From Camelus ferus (taxonomy: Eukaryota), in assembly GCF_009834535.1 (NCBI RefSeq), contig NC_045697.1:71736001-71800000 (forward strand): a stretch of DNA of 64,000 bases, given 5' to 3'. This document shows, piece by piece, positions 1 through 13,207 of this stretch. Both the position numbers and the translations under genes were made by a program. The notes under the pieces are model-generated. The model ran no database searches, was not told the DNA's origin, and worked only from the letters and a program-made list of their open reading frames with translations. Numbering within the stretch: the stretch's first letter is position 1; each line of letters begins with the position of its first letter.

Positions 1-705
1 CCTGTAACTGTTACTCCGCTCTTCAATGTGGAAACTAAGGATAATTATTAAATTGCAAACTAAGCAATAGAAAGTAACCTAAAAATATTTACTTGGATTT
101 TCCTTCAGCAGTCTAGCCAAAATAACTGTTAATACAAATGATTCTTTGTTTTTAGTTGTTATGCTCTGAGCTCTTTCACATTTATAAAACAAAAGAATCA
201 TAAATGCATGCTAGTCAGTAGAAGAACTTGGACCTTGTATTATTTCAGAGCTCAGCTACAGCAAGGGGATGGCCACATGCTGTTTTAGTGTATTTCCCTC
301 TAGACCAAAGTGAGTACCTGATGGATGCTTCTTAACAGCTGTCTAGTTTCTGGGCCATCTACTTGTGGCTTTAATCTATTACAGAAATAAATAAATGACC
401 CAACGTACTAGAGCACATTCTGTCTAAGTATGCATGCCTTCGTGTGTGTGCTAATAGAATAACAGGCTTTCCAGTTACTGTGATTATCTGGATTTATCTT
501 CAGAGTGAAGTTTCCTGACAGCAAGAATCATCTCATGTAAACACTGGATTCCCTGGAATTGCTCTTAATAAAAAAAATAGAACTTTAGCAAAAAGGACAT
601 TTATATTTAGTAATTCTGTACTAGTTATAATGAAAATAGTAATAACAATCAAAATAACTATCATTTATTGAGTACTTAGTATATGCTTATATGTGTTAAA
701 AATCC

Positions 706-817
706 ATTATATTGTAGCTCTGAAGACAGAAATTTGTCTGTTTGGACTACTGTCCTGTCTCCAGCATCTAAAACATTAGCACATGCATAGTTGTCAGTAA
801 TTGTCAGTAAATGAATG
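706..817 (+). mobile_element. L2 (LINE2) 3'-end fragment
   Basis: attgtagctctgaagacag...tctccagcatctaaaacattagcacatgcatag...gtaaatgaatg is a degraded match to the L2 3' terminus. Confidence 0.6.
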
Positions 818-1871
818 CCACATCTTGGTTATAGCAAATTAATGAGGCAGATGTTTTGTGCTGGACATATTCGCAAAAGTGGGATGAGCTGTTATTACAC
901 TTCTTTTCACAGTTAAAGCAGATTTTCACATCCAGGACTTGATGATGTCAAGCCCGTACTCTTCCCATATTCCTGCATTGCCACGTTCCATTTATGCCAG
1001 GTGATTTTTAAATATAATTAAAATCAAACCAATCATTTTGATGTCCTTAGCTTTTTATTTTATTTTTTTTAATGAACTGACAACTAAAGAGAAAAAAACA
1101 AAAATCTTGGCACTAATGATTAACGATCAGTGAGGGGCCAGGAAAGGCCTTTGGCCTACCCCTGCACCAAGACAAGGCCAGTCCCTCCACCAGGACTCAG
1201 ATGACAGAAGTGGAATGAAATGAAAAAGAAATTCTGTTACCTGAAGCCACACGACGTGTAAGAACCCTGGGGTAATACGGTAGTGCTCTTCCATCCATAC
1301 AGTTGATGTTATTAAGATGAGAACAAAGGTAGCATAAAATAATAGGTGAGTAGGGATTGAAATGTTCCCATCTATTTTTTCCCATCTCTTGTCATATTTA
1401 TAGAAAATGCCTTGTGCAGAACACTTAATCTTGAAAGAGTGAACAGTGAGAAACCTGCCCACGGTCACAGCATCTCTCCTTGCTCCGTGCGTATCAAGAG
1501 CACAATATGGCAGGACTGCTTGGAGAGAATAGACTGATGAGAGGAGGTTTGTGGAGCAGACGATCAGAGCACTCTGAAATGTTGCAGCAGACTTGCTAGC
1601 CCACATTATTACTTGTTTCCTCAATCCATTTAGCAAAAAAGCCGTGTTCGGAACTCATGCAGCTTAAAAGTGCCACCCACTGCCCTTCTCCTGCTGCACC
1701 TCCCTCCCTCCCTTCTTGATTGCGGACACTCGATATCTCATAGCTCATTTTCATCTGCATTGTAAGTTGTGACTTTTATAAAATAAAGAGATAGCCTTAT
1801 GTTTTGTGAATGATAAGATGGTACATATGTTGAGCCTAATATTTCCCGGCTGTCTTGTACCTCCTGCCTTC

Positions 1872-2293
1872 TGTATTTGTGTCCTGTGGCTGTTATAACA
1901 AATTACCACAAACTGTGTAGCTTAAAACAATGAATATTTATTCTCTCATGGTCCTGGAGGCTAGACTCATAAAATCAAGGTTGATTCCTTCTCAAGGCTC
2001 TGAGGGATCATGTGGTCCATGCCTCTCTCCAAGGCGCTGGTGCTTGTGGGCAGTTCTTGGTGTTCCTTTAGCGTCCCATGGTGTTCTCCTTGTGTGTACC
2101 TCTGTGCACCTCTGTCTTCACATGGCCTCCTTAAAGGACATCAGTCACTGAACCTAGGACACATCCCAGTGCAGCATGAACTCAACTTGATCACATCTGC
2201 GAAGACCCCATTTCCAAACACGGTCACGTTCACAAGTACCACGAGTTAGGACTGAAACCTATGTTTTGAGGGGAGACAGTTCAACTCACAGCA
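1872..2293 (-). mobile_element. MaLR solo LTR (MLT1C-like)
   Basis: TG...CA termini (tgtatttgtgtcctgtggctgttataacaaattaccacaaactg ... ttcaactcacagca), typical MLT1 internal motifs, and a near-perfect 5-bp TSD ccttc (1867-1871) / ccctc (2294-2298). Confidence 0.9.
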
Positions 2294-3764
2294 CCCTCCC
2301 TGTGAAGCCTCACTTGGAGGAAATAATGAAGGTGATTTTTACATTCTGGCAAATTCAGGTCTCGTTTGTGGGTCTTGCTCTTCCCCTCGCTTCCACACAC
2401 AGAACGGCAAGTTCAAATGAAGCCCTCGGTAAACATCATTATGCCTGGAAAAGGTTATGATGAACTCCAGGGTTCCAGAACTCTCTTTTGTCAAGGGGCC
2501 CACCTAGTAAGGGGACCACACTGAGACTGAGAAGAGACTGACAAGGGTTCGGAGGGCTGGCTTGTTGACAAAGGAAATACCCAGAAGGAAGTAGGGAAAA
2601 AGAGATCCCAAGAACCTAAATCCACTGAGTTTTGTGAATTTTTCTAAGTTGATTGTCACCACAGTTCACCAAACATGTGATCAGTTTTCTGAGAAGAATG
2701 TTTAAAAACCACATGCAATTCCTGGAAATATAGTAGAAGCATTTTATTTAATGCCACACACATTAAAAACACCCAGGGAGGGAGTCCTGCATTTCATCAG
2801 AAAGGAATCTCCCACTGCTAGATGAGACGGCAGTTTTGAGCACGAGAAAAAAATTCTTTTTTCTAAATTTGTGTTTGTTTTTCATGGAGAGCAACGTATG
2901 GTTTATAGAGCCAAACATTAAAAATGTAAATGTCGGTGGTGGGTAGGCATGAGTTGAATTAATTAATGAAAAGAAAAAAGAAACCTTTCTTAATGTGGGA
3001 TTATGTTAAAATGTTGGCGCCACGGGCGTAAGCTGTGCAGTCCTCGTTTACAGCTCATAAACGCCAAACGCCGCAGTGACAGGTGCTCTAATGACAGATG
3101 AGCTACTGCACACGCGGGCACCGGTACAGCAAGGGCCTGCACGCAAGACCGAATGAACAGCCAGAGGCAGCAATGAAGTCGTTCCTGAGAGAGCCTCTGT
3201 AGTTCACCCAGGAATACATAGCTTTCTGACACAGCCGTTATATTTACTGATGTAGCACCCTTTCAAATAGATTGATCAAAAGACTGATTCTAGATTTAGA
3301 TCAGAAAAAAAAATTTTATCAGGTCTGGGACTAGGTCTCTTTCTGCTTCTCGGTGTTACTGACATAAACGATTTTCATTCCTAGTGCAGTTGAGATGTCT
3401 TCCTTTCTATCTGTAATTCCCGCACATAATCAGAGCGCTGTTTCTTTTCGCTTCGTCTCATGTATTTACCACTTCAGTTGTTATTCTGTGCTATAAAACA
3501 AGATAAACGGTGCCCTGTATGTTGTTCTGCCATCAACCCCTTGGAAGATAATGCAGCATGGTTATGTAACAGGAATTTTATACGTGGTTTCTTAATTGAG
3601 GAGAAAATTGTCTCTTCCCAGATTCTTTCATTAAAGTTATGTAAGATCATTGACATTTTTGAATTATGAAACTTTTCCCCTTAGAAGTGACATATAAGAA
3701 TCTGTATTTGAGGCAAACTAATTTAGAAAGTTATCTAGTAATAGCTTTACGATTAAGAGTGTTT

Positions 3765-3935
3765 GTATATATCTCAGTTCCGTAAATTAACCACAAGTAT
3801 TTCCTGAGACAAAGCACGATGTAATTTAATCTGCAAAAAAGGACATAATAGTACCTGTTTCATATCTCGTGTGGATTAAATCAATCATTGATGTAAAGTA
3901 CCACAGCATCTGTCTAGTGAGTGTTCTATAACTGT
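3765..3935 (+). mobile_element. MIR SINE fragment
   Basis: atctgcaaaaaaggacataatagtacctgtttcata...gtggattaaat...atgtaaagtac resembles the MIR core and tail. Confidence 0.6.
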
Positions 3936-5842
3936 TAAACCAAAAAGAAAACTAGAATATTTCCAAAATAAGCATTTTCAAAATAATTTCTATGGAATTT
4001 TTTAATATTCTCTCCATGTCATTAAGATTAAATATTTTAAAACATTATTTTCTATATGATTTTTTTGGAATACAACAAAATGTAATCTGCAGGCTCACAA
4101 TAAGTAACACTTTTCAAATAATTAAGCCATTACAACTGGAGATTATTTCCTTTGCAAGGACCGTGTTTTGTGTCACTGGAGTATTTAAGCAGAAGTAGGA
4201 GGGCCCACGTGGGACCCCCCTCGTAGGTGGAAAGAGGACTAAATGACCTCTGGTCCCCCTCAGACCTCAATCCTGTATCCCTTGGAAACCAGGCCTATCA
4301 TCTTGTTTCTTGTCATCTTTGCCTTCAGAACATCCTAAATATTCAGGCAATTTTAATACCACCTCATTTTCTGTTTTGTTTTGATTCTTCCTTTTAATTA
4401 CAGTTTGAAAACCCAGAGCAGAGGACTAGAACAGGTGATCCTCACTCACACTGAGGAAGCCCTAGGCATCATCTGTTTCAGCAGTTTGGGCAGTCCCCCT
4501 AGGAACACCCCCACCACAGAAAGTGCACAGAGTCGGTCACAACCTGGAGTGAATGTGGCACTTGAAGACAAAGGCCAGCCCTGGACAAGTGCCAGGCTGA
4601 CTCAGGAGCTTAAGTTCGCTGCTTATCTGGAGAGCAAACCAAAAACATTCCAGCATTCGGCACTCCTGCTCAGTCTCCTCCCTGCTCTGCCTTACTGCCA
4701 AGGTAGAACAAAGAGAATAATGAAGTCTGCCCACTTGAAATTTGCAGGGAAAATGCTCGGTTTTTTTCCCTCTTGGGAGACAAATTATGTAGAAAGGAGA
4801 AACCTCAGAGTCCTCATAGTACAGATGGAAAATTGACAATTACAGGGGATGCATATGAGCTGCTCAATTTAACAGCAAGGTCTTTGAAAGAATCCAGATC
4901 TCCTGACATCTTGATCTTTCCCAGATGCCATTGCTGCTCAGTAGGAAAAAGTACTGCCCCTCATCTCCTTCCAAATTTCCTATGGCCATTTTTTTCCCTG
5001 TGATGATATGGCCAGCAAGTCCGTTCCCTCCCATTAGTTATAAGCTTAATTTCACTGGAAACTGTATCTACTAATGAGAAGATAAATACAGTCTCCTTCA
5101 GCTCTGTATTTTGCTCAGAGCAAGAAATGCTTTTGATGAACTGAACTGTTTAAGCGGTGTCTCTGCATTGTACCTTTCTTTGTTAAGCAGTATGACTACC
5201 TTGGTCAATTGTTCATTCTCTTCCTCCTTCAGACTTATAGCCACTCTTTCAGGGTTCCATTGATTGGAAGAATTACTGCATTGCAGTTAGCTGTTTTCTT
5301 GTGGTCCCTGAGTCCTGCTACCTACCACTGAAGCCGCTTTATTCTTCTGGTATAAATAGTAAGAAGTAAGCTTCAGTTACGTGATTATTCAGGGCCTAAC
5401 AGACACCAAATGGGTGTCCTTTCTCCTAGGAAGCCACCATTCGGGCTATCCACAGCCCTTTTTCCACTGAGCTGTGGTTCGTGAGTCACCATGACTCACT
5501 GGCGTAGGGGCAGTTTACATATCATGAAGAAAATGTTGGCAGAACTTACCCTACCCTAGGAACTTAGAAGGGAAGCTATCGGGACATCGCCACGCTTCAG
5601 TGTTATGTGGAAAATCTGAAAGTGGTCCAATTTTCCCCTTAAAGTGAGAATCTTTTCTTTTCTTTTTTTTTTTTTTTTTTTTTTTGCACTTTTCTTACTG
5701 TATTAATCTTTGGATTTGAAGATCTCAATGCTGTAAGTGTAACTGGAAACACAGACGTTAAGGCCAAAACTTCTTTCTCTACTTTGTGCACGTGAGAAAT
5801 ATCCTTAGGTTCACTATATAGTCATCAATGTTTGTTTGTACT

Positions 5843-6070
5843 TACCATTTATTTATTACCTGATAGGTGTTGGGCATAGCACTATATATTTGACTTATTG
5901 AATCCTCGCAATCAGTTGACAAGAAAAACACTACCATCCCCTTTTTATAAGATTCTTTAAAATTAAGGCTCAAAATTGCCAAACAGTTTCCTAAAATAGG
6001 CTCGTAAGTTAAATAGCTGAGATTTAAAAACAAGTCTGAGATTAAAACCAAGACCCTTTTTACTAAGTGA
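5843..6070 (-). mobile_element. MIR SINE
   Basis: Reverse-complement MIR layout: catttatttattacct...aatcctcgcaa...atcccctttttataaga...aaggctcaaa...gctgagatttaaaaacaagtctg. Confidence 0.6.
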
Positions 6071-8179
6071 TGCTAAAAACACTTACTGTCTTTTTTCTCT
6101 TTGCTTTGCAGACTACCCCAATGCTTTTTTTTTTTTTTTTCTCTTTGCCTAAAATATGTCTTGCTGTTTCTGAGAGTTGTATGCCAGCTTGGCCCATCTG
6201 GTGCTATTTTCCCAGAATTTCACAGTACTGCCTTTCTCTTCAAAGATATACTTTAACATTTCCTTAAAACATTTCTTACGCTCACCTGGCAATGGTCACT
6301 CTATCATGGTCACCTTGTTGCAAACTGAACTCTGAAGAGCAGAGCATGTGGAATGAGGATGTCAGCAGGAACCCGAGTAATTGTGTGGATGATGGATATG
6401 GACATCATCCTCTACACATGCTCAGCGCGGCAGAGTTCGGATGCAGCAAGCACTGCTTCCCTGCTAGCACGATGGCTGTGTTCCAGGACTCGAGTGGTAG
6501 ACTGAATGGTAGGCAGTGCAGGTATTTTGAGACTCTCTTACACCTCAACTGGCTGAGAATATATACGATCCAAGAGTCCTTGAGAGAACTATGTGATGTG
6601 TTGATAACTTTATTTTGGTGTATAAAAACTCGTGGATTGTCTTATAAAATCAGCCTTCTCTTACGGATTTATGATTAGGATGCAGAAAGTTGAAGGCACC
6701 CTCTGTACAGCAAGGAAACCTTAAGTCCAGCTACAGATGTCTACTTTTGATACAAAAAGCTATTATTATTCTGCTTCCTAGAGAGTAGATGTCTGATGTT
6801 TTGATTTATACAGACAAAGAAAACTGAGATAAGGCATCTTTTTAGAATTCAAAAAATCAGCTATAGCATGAAAATGCCCACAGAGCCAAGGCAAGGCTAG
6901 AAGTGAAACGAGTAATGGCAACACCCATCGGAAGATTATGACAGTACCACAAGGCATTTCTGCAGTGTATTCACTCACATTATCCGCAGGCATCCCCAGC
7001 ATTAACAGGAGAGGCAGTCTTGTTGGCTCATTAATCAAATATGGTCAGTCAGTCCATCAGAATGGAAGTGATGTTTGCACCCACACAGCTTTTCTGATCA
7101 AGGCTGGAGAAGCAGAAATCTACCCATCATGAGCTCAGTGACAAGCAAAATCTTATGTGGGAAAACGGCTGCACAGTTTTTTTAAAAATAACATATAAAT
7201 TATGATGTAAGTAGCAGAAATTTTAAAGTTGAATACCCTCCCTCCCATAGTAGCTCTCAGTGCCATTTTTAGAAAATGTAGCCATTACTGTTTATGATCT
7301 CATCCTCAAGAATCAGGATTCTGACAGCAACCTGTTATATGTTAGAACAGGAAGGGACCTTAGAAATGGGTGCCCTTAGAAATGGGTATCCCTCACTTTA
7401 AAGATGAAAAGCATGAAGTTCAGATGGACAATGACATGCATATCTACCTGTAAAACCTCTAATTTTCCTTCATTGTTCCTTTTAGGAAGGAAAATATGAA
7501 GCCATTTTTACTAGACATCGTTAGAGCACCGTAGTCTAAAAATGCAAGCGGGATTTATTAAGGGGCTTCTGGGTCCCTTACTGTGCTGCAGTGTATTGGC
7601 TTGTAAGAAAAATAGATGAAGAAAGTTAGGTCATCATGGTCCTTCTGCTTGAAGATCTTATTTTCTCCCCAAGGATACATGTAGGTAATCTACAAAGCTG
7701 TACAGAAGCAAATACAAAGTGATACGGTAAGACTGAAGGCCAAAAACAGTAAGAACCTTTGGTCACTGAGACGTGGTCTTCTGGTTAAGAACACTGGCAG
7801 CTACATTGAATTCCTCATCCGTGCAGGGTCACAACCTACAGATACGGTATGTGACTATGCAGATGCTTATTTAGTGGGCAGTGGAGAACTGGCAAAGGTC
7901 TGAGGAGGCTACACACTCAGACGACATGCAGTGAAGAAATTAATAAAGGTGGAACAGAGGAAAAGGGACATTCCTTCTACCTGTGGAGGAAGAAAATGGA
8001 GGTGGTGAGCGAAGTCTGTCTTCCCTGAGTCTGAGCTTTCTTTTGGTTGCTCTGCCCACCTTTGCTAAACATACCAGGCCTTCATGAATAGTTAATCTAT
8101 AAGCATTTTTCAAGTCAAAACTAGGTCCCATTTAACCATCAATGAGCTAAGTCACTGTTGAATTTATCAGATATGTAAG

Positions 8180-8345
8180 GAGCAGGGACTGGGAGCAAAG
8201 TGACAGAAGTTTAGTTCTGCCTCTTCTACTAATGAGCTATTTGGCCCCAGGCAAGTCACCTCTCAAGATTCAGTTTTTTCATCTGTAAGATGGAAAGATT
8301 TAACTCGATGATGACTAAGGACATTTTTACTGTCTTAGCTCCATT
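8180..8345 (+). mobile_element. MIR (MIR3/MIRb-like) SINE
   Basis: tctgcctcttctactaatgagctatttggccccaggcaagtcacctctc...cagttttttcatctgtaagatgg matches the MIR core. Confidence 0.75.
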
Positions 8346-9939
8346 CTTCTAACTTGACAAGAAAGAGAAGAGGAGGTAATATTGGTCAAAAGCTAAAACT
8401 ATGCGGAGGGTAAATAGTGACATTCCTCTTTAAATCCCTTTCCCTCGTTTTTGATCACCCACTTAGGATTATATGGAGATAATATTTGCCAGTAAATGTA
8501 AAAATGTAAATAAAAGTGTTGAGTAGAAGATATCCGTAGATGGGGTTAATATCTTTCATTATTAACAGCAGTACATCGAGCATTCTATATTCAGTATATA
8601 GGATTTAATGAACTTTGACTAGGTAGACGTACATGCTTAGTAAAACAGTGACGGCGACAATTGCTCTTGTCAGAACACAAAGTTAGCATTGCCATGTCCA
8701 GACTCTCATGTTGCCAGATCACCCTATTATGATGAGGGTCTTCTTATTAACTTATGCAGCTACTCTGGGAAGGTCTCCCACACATCAAGGCATTAAGTAC
8801 CAACTCAGAGAAGACTGACAGATTCATTTCCCTGGTGAGTTAAATCATATTTGTTTTAGTTACTTATTTTATTCAACTATGAAAATTTCTCCTCTTAGAA
8901 TTTCCTTAATCTCCTTCATAGTCACAATCTCCCTGCTTTTTTTTTTTTTTTTTTTTTTTTGGCCGTCACATTAATTTCACTGTCAAACTCTTATTTTGAG
9001 ATAGATTATTTTGAAGAAAATCTAAAGAAAATAAAATGCTTTTCTTCCAAAAGTCAGTTTGCTTTAGGTGAAAAGGAAAACCAAAGGTTTCAGATAGATT
9101 AGAGAAATGAGAAATGTGTGTCATTTCATTTATGTTCTTTACTAGGGAGAGAAAGTAAATACAGCCCCTGTGGTGCAATTTAAAATATTGTCATCCTCTG
9201 CCTTCTCTATCTCTCAGCTCCATCTGACTGGGTCCCTTAAGAATGAGAAGCAGTTTACCCTGCTAAGTGGTGTATTGAAGTGTGTACTGAACAAATTGGA
9301 AAATTTTATATGTAGGTCTACAGGTGCCACTTTATGTAAGTTCTGTCACCAGGAATAATTTTACTGTCATTGCTGTTTCATTCTTCTAATTCCAATTCAT
9401 TGCTGATGCCTCGCTGATGAAATAATTAGAACGGTTACAAAGCAGGTGGAGATATAAGTCAAATATAATTGGGGTGCTATCACCCACTCCCTTGCAATCT
9501 GTCTTCTTTTATCACTCATTCCCCTAGCCTGCTCCCTCAAAGGTTATCAGTAACTCCAGTGCCAATCACCTTTGCTCACGTTTGCTTCAAGTGGACTTCT
9601 TTTTGTAGTACGGGATGTGGTTCACTCTCCTTAGACTCTTGTGTCAGCCCAGTGGCAAACTGTCCTCCACTGTCTCCGGTTCTCTTACTCTGTGCTCTTT
9701 CCTGCCCCTCTCTTCTTGCTTAAACACAGGTATTGTCACTGTTCTGCCTTTGGACAATATTTCTTTTCTATTTTCTCTATCACCACGGGAATATGGTCCA
9801 CTATGATTCAACTCTCATCTTTAGGTGAATGACCCCAATTATTCCTCTCTCTCATACTCTCCACTGACATTCTTTCCAATTGCCTGCTTAACGAATTCAT
9901 CAATCCGAGCTGTTTACATTAACATTCTGCAATTTTCCT

Positions 9940-10800
9940 TTTACAGTTTGAATATAGGGTCAACATTTTCCTTGCAATATTTTCTTTTTTGATAAATGTC
10001 TAGTATTCCAGAGTATCAGTATATGGTAATTTCCTTAATCTCCTATTGGCCTATGTTATATTGTTTCCAGTCTTTTTATAAGTAAAGCTACAGTTAACTC
10101 ACAATTGATATTCTTATATGGAACTGCCGTATCTAAAGTTAGGAACAGTTAAATTATGAGAAAATTGCCAAATTTGCCCTAAAAACATACAAATTTGCCC
10201 TGTTTCAGCAGTGGACTTGCTGTACATGCTGTCACTGGGGATCTGAAATGCTATTTTGTCTTCCAGTGGATATGTGAGTCTGTTTTGGAGTCACAGTATA
10301 TTTCCATTGATCTTTGTTGCAACTTTTGCCAGTGCCATACAATCCTATTCACTGTAGTTTTGTATCATTTTCGTATCTGTTTAGGCATGTAGTCTTTTCA
10401 AAATCTCCATGGCTATTTTCCCAGTAAAATTTAGCATTTCTAAGAATTATAAGGCCTCCTGCACTTGCAACTATTAATGGATATTTTGACTTAACCTGCA
10501 TTAACTTTATATATTTTTAGATCTTTACAATATCGAATCTTTCCATTCAGAAGTAGGGTATATATATTTCTCCAATTATTGGATTTTTCTTGACATCCTT
10601 CATTAAACTTTTATAATTTTCTCCACTTAAGTCATGGACACTTGCTATTAAACTCATATCTAGCAAGTGTTGTTTACACAGTGTAATTTTTATTGTATTT
10701 TCTAACCAGGTATTATTGACCTTTAGGCTGGGTTTTGATGTCATTAGTTTAATCATGGATTTGCCACCCTACCTAACTACCTTGTTTATTCATTAATTCT
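9940..10800 (-). mobile_element. Ancient L1 (L1ME-like) ORF2/3' fragment
   Basis: Minus ORF 10547-10756 contains VHDLSGENYKSLMKDVKKN, homologous to L1 ORF2 VKDLYxENYKTLxKEIKED. The flanks have L1ME-like motifs (aattgccaaatttgccct). Confidence 0.75.
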
Positions 10801-12984
10801 CTTCAGCTTCCATGTTTTTCATCAAAGGAGTCTGTGTTATTTTAATTTATTTTACTATGAGGTCTATTACTTCTCAAATCGTAAACACAACAATGGCACC
10901 AATGATTTTCATTTTGGAAGAAAAAAATCTTCAACCAAATCACTTTGAGGCCTGCTCCCGCACCCTGCACTGACTTGGCTCTCCCGTGTTCTCCACTCCA
11001 CCTAAAGCACTCCTGTCCCCATATCTCCGTTCCAGTCAGCCAAAAATCTGTCCATCTGTCAAGTTCTTCCTCTCCTAAAGTCCTTTCCTAATATTCTTAA
11101 CATCGTCCCTGTTTTCCCTCCTCTGAAACCTCATCCTACATTGAAGGTCCTGCAGCTGCACAGGAGTTGGAGGCAGGGGCCATCTTCCGTTATCTCCTTA
11201 TCTCCTGCAGCATCTGATGCTGCTTCCTTATGTGTTGTTGGAGAGCACCATAGACATGTTTTCATTCTGTCTAATACATCAGGTGTCCGGAACTTAGAAT
11301 CTTAGCCGTGGGGGTTCCATTATCTATTCATCCCATTGCTGTACCATTAATCATGGGTGGATGGAAGTTTGGTTGGCCATCCATCACTGATGGGGTAATT
11401 AGATGATGAGGTCAGCAGACCACAGGCTTCTTATATGCTCATAAAAAATGCTACTTGGTTTCTTTCCGATGAATACTCCTTCTGCTTTACCTTAAAAACA
11501 CACCATCACAACCCCATAGAAACAAAAAAGTCTCAAAAAATCTTAACTAATCTGCAGAACTGGGGTTGTAATTGCTTTCTCTTCTGGCTGTTCAAATGTT
11601 CTGCTTTGGGGAAAAATTTTTCATTTTATTTTTACAATTCAATTTTATATTTTATAGATACATAATGTTATTTTATGTTGCAGTTTTAACTAGTATGTAC
11701 CTTAGAGTTCAATTATGAAACTTACAAAACCCATTTATATTAAAAGCTATAACAGGGTATCATTTTTCACAAAGACTCTGCATTAAATGACTTTTTTACT
11801 AAAAGAATTTCTCCCTCTTCCTTAGGGACATAAAAGCTCAACTATTTTTTCCATTAGAGATGAGATTAAGTTAAAATAAATATAAGAAGTATTCTAATGA
11901 AGGAATAGATAGACAAAATACTGACCTATTTCTATTTATAATATCTGAAGCCATCTGCCTTTTAATCTGCTTTTTTTACTCAAAAACACAGAGAAAGCAT
12001 TTTCAGTGTAAAACAGCAGGCTCTTTGAAATCCAGAAGGAACTAATAGCTTTTGCCGCTCTCCGTGGCCGTGTGTCTGCATTTCATAACCATCTAAACAA
12101 AAAGCAGTGCCACAAAGGATACAAACAGCTAGACCTGGATTCAAACAAATGTGACAGATAGTGTTATAACCCCAGGTGATGGTGAAGCCTGTTTCTTCTC
12201 AGTTAAATGGCACAATAGCACAAGAATCAGGTTTCCTTGAGATCTAAGGAGGGTTTCAGACTGGTTTTACATGCCAGCCTATTCACCTAATACAGTCCTT
12301 TAGCTAAGACCCTGAAAAAAATTAGGCATATTTCCCTATAAGGCCACAAAGAGTGCCTGTAAAGCAACAGTCTTTATGGTCTGTGAACTTTGAATCTCAG
12401 CAAGTGGTTCCTTTCGTACCTTAAGATCGTGGAACTTCTCTGCAAAAACTGCAGTTCCTCATTCTGGCTGGACACTCGTGGAGATAGACCTGGATGGTTG
12501 GGCACCCACTGAGCTTTCTGATTATCTGCCAGGGTTATCACCCAAGTTCCAGTAATTTCCAGTTTGATATGGAACCAGTATGACCTTTCGTCAGTTTTTT
12601 TTTATTTTATAATCATAAGACATGCTGGAATAATTCACTTTGAACTTATTCATAGCCTTGTGATATTCAGGAAGGTTTGATAGCTCTCTTACTGCAAAGG
12701 TTAGTGTCTGTTTTGTGCTGCTCAATCAAACCTATGGGAAGTGATGAACACAAAATACCAAGAGAAGATTTGTTTTTCCTAACATAAGTTTATTTTTCTT
12801 ACCCTTTTGTTCTTCTATTAGAATGACAATAAGATTAATATACATATTCCTGAAAGTTATCAGCTAGCAATCAAGAAGCGATTTTATTTTTAGTCAACCA
12901 CTTCAAGGAGACTGTTCAAACATACTGCCTGTAACCATTCACTGAATAATTTAGTCTACTTTCCTTTTTCTAACAATCTGTTTC

Positions 12985-13015
12985 TCTTCCTCCTCTTCCT
13001 CCTCTTCCTCCTCCT
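12985..13015. repeat. (TCC/TTC)n simple repeat
   Basis: ctcttcctcctcttcctcctcttcctcctcc. Confidence 0.85.
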
Positions 13016-13173
13016 TATTTACAAAACAGTGGTCATGATATAAGGAAAATGTTTAAATGAGTACTTTATTTTGGTTTTAGGAAATGTTTATTAGGCTTCC
13101 TTTTGATTCCAGGAACCAAAGCAAGAGCTTGTTACTTAGGAAAGTAATAGTTGGACTACAAGTGCGTAATTTA

Positions 13174-13207
13174 AATAATAATAACAATAACAATAATAAT
13201 AATAATA
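13174..13207. repeat. (AAT)n microsatellite, imperfect
   Basis: aataataataacaataacaataataataataata. Confidence 0.9.

Noticed and set aside
1127..1636. Longest non-repeat ORF (169 aa, minus strand) with a hydrophobic stretch
   Set aside because: It has a non-ATG start, no recognisable family and no convincing flanking exon structure. An ORF this long can occur by chance in 64 kb.
4381..4836. 151-aa + strand ORF following a strong polypyrimidine tract and AG (4403)
   Set aside because: It has a non-ATG start and an unrecognised peptide, with no strong donor defining a plausible coding exon.
6292..6678. 128-aa + strand ORF
   Set aside because: I see no recognisable homology, promoter or splice context.
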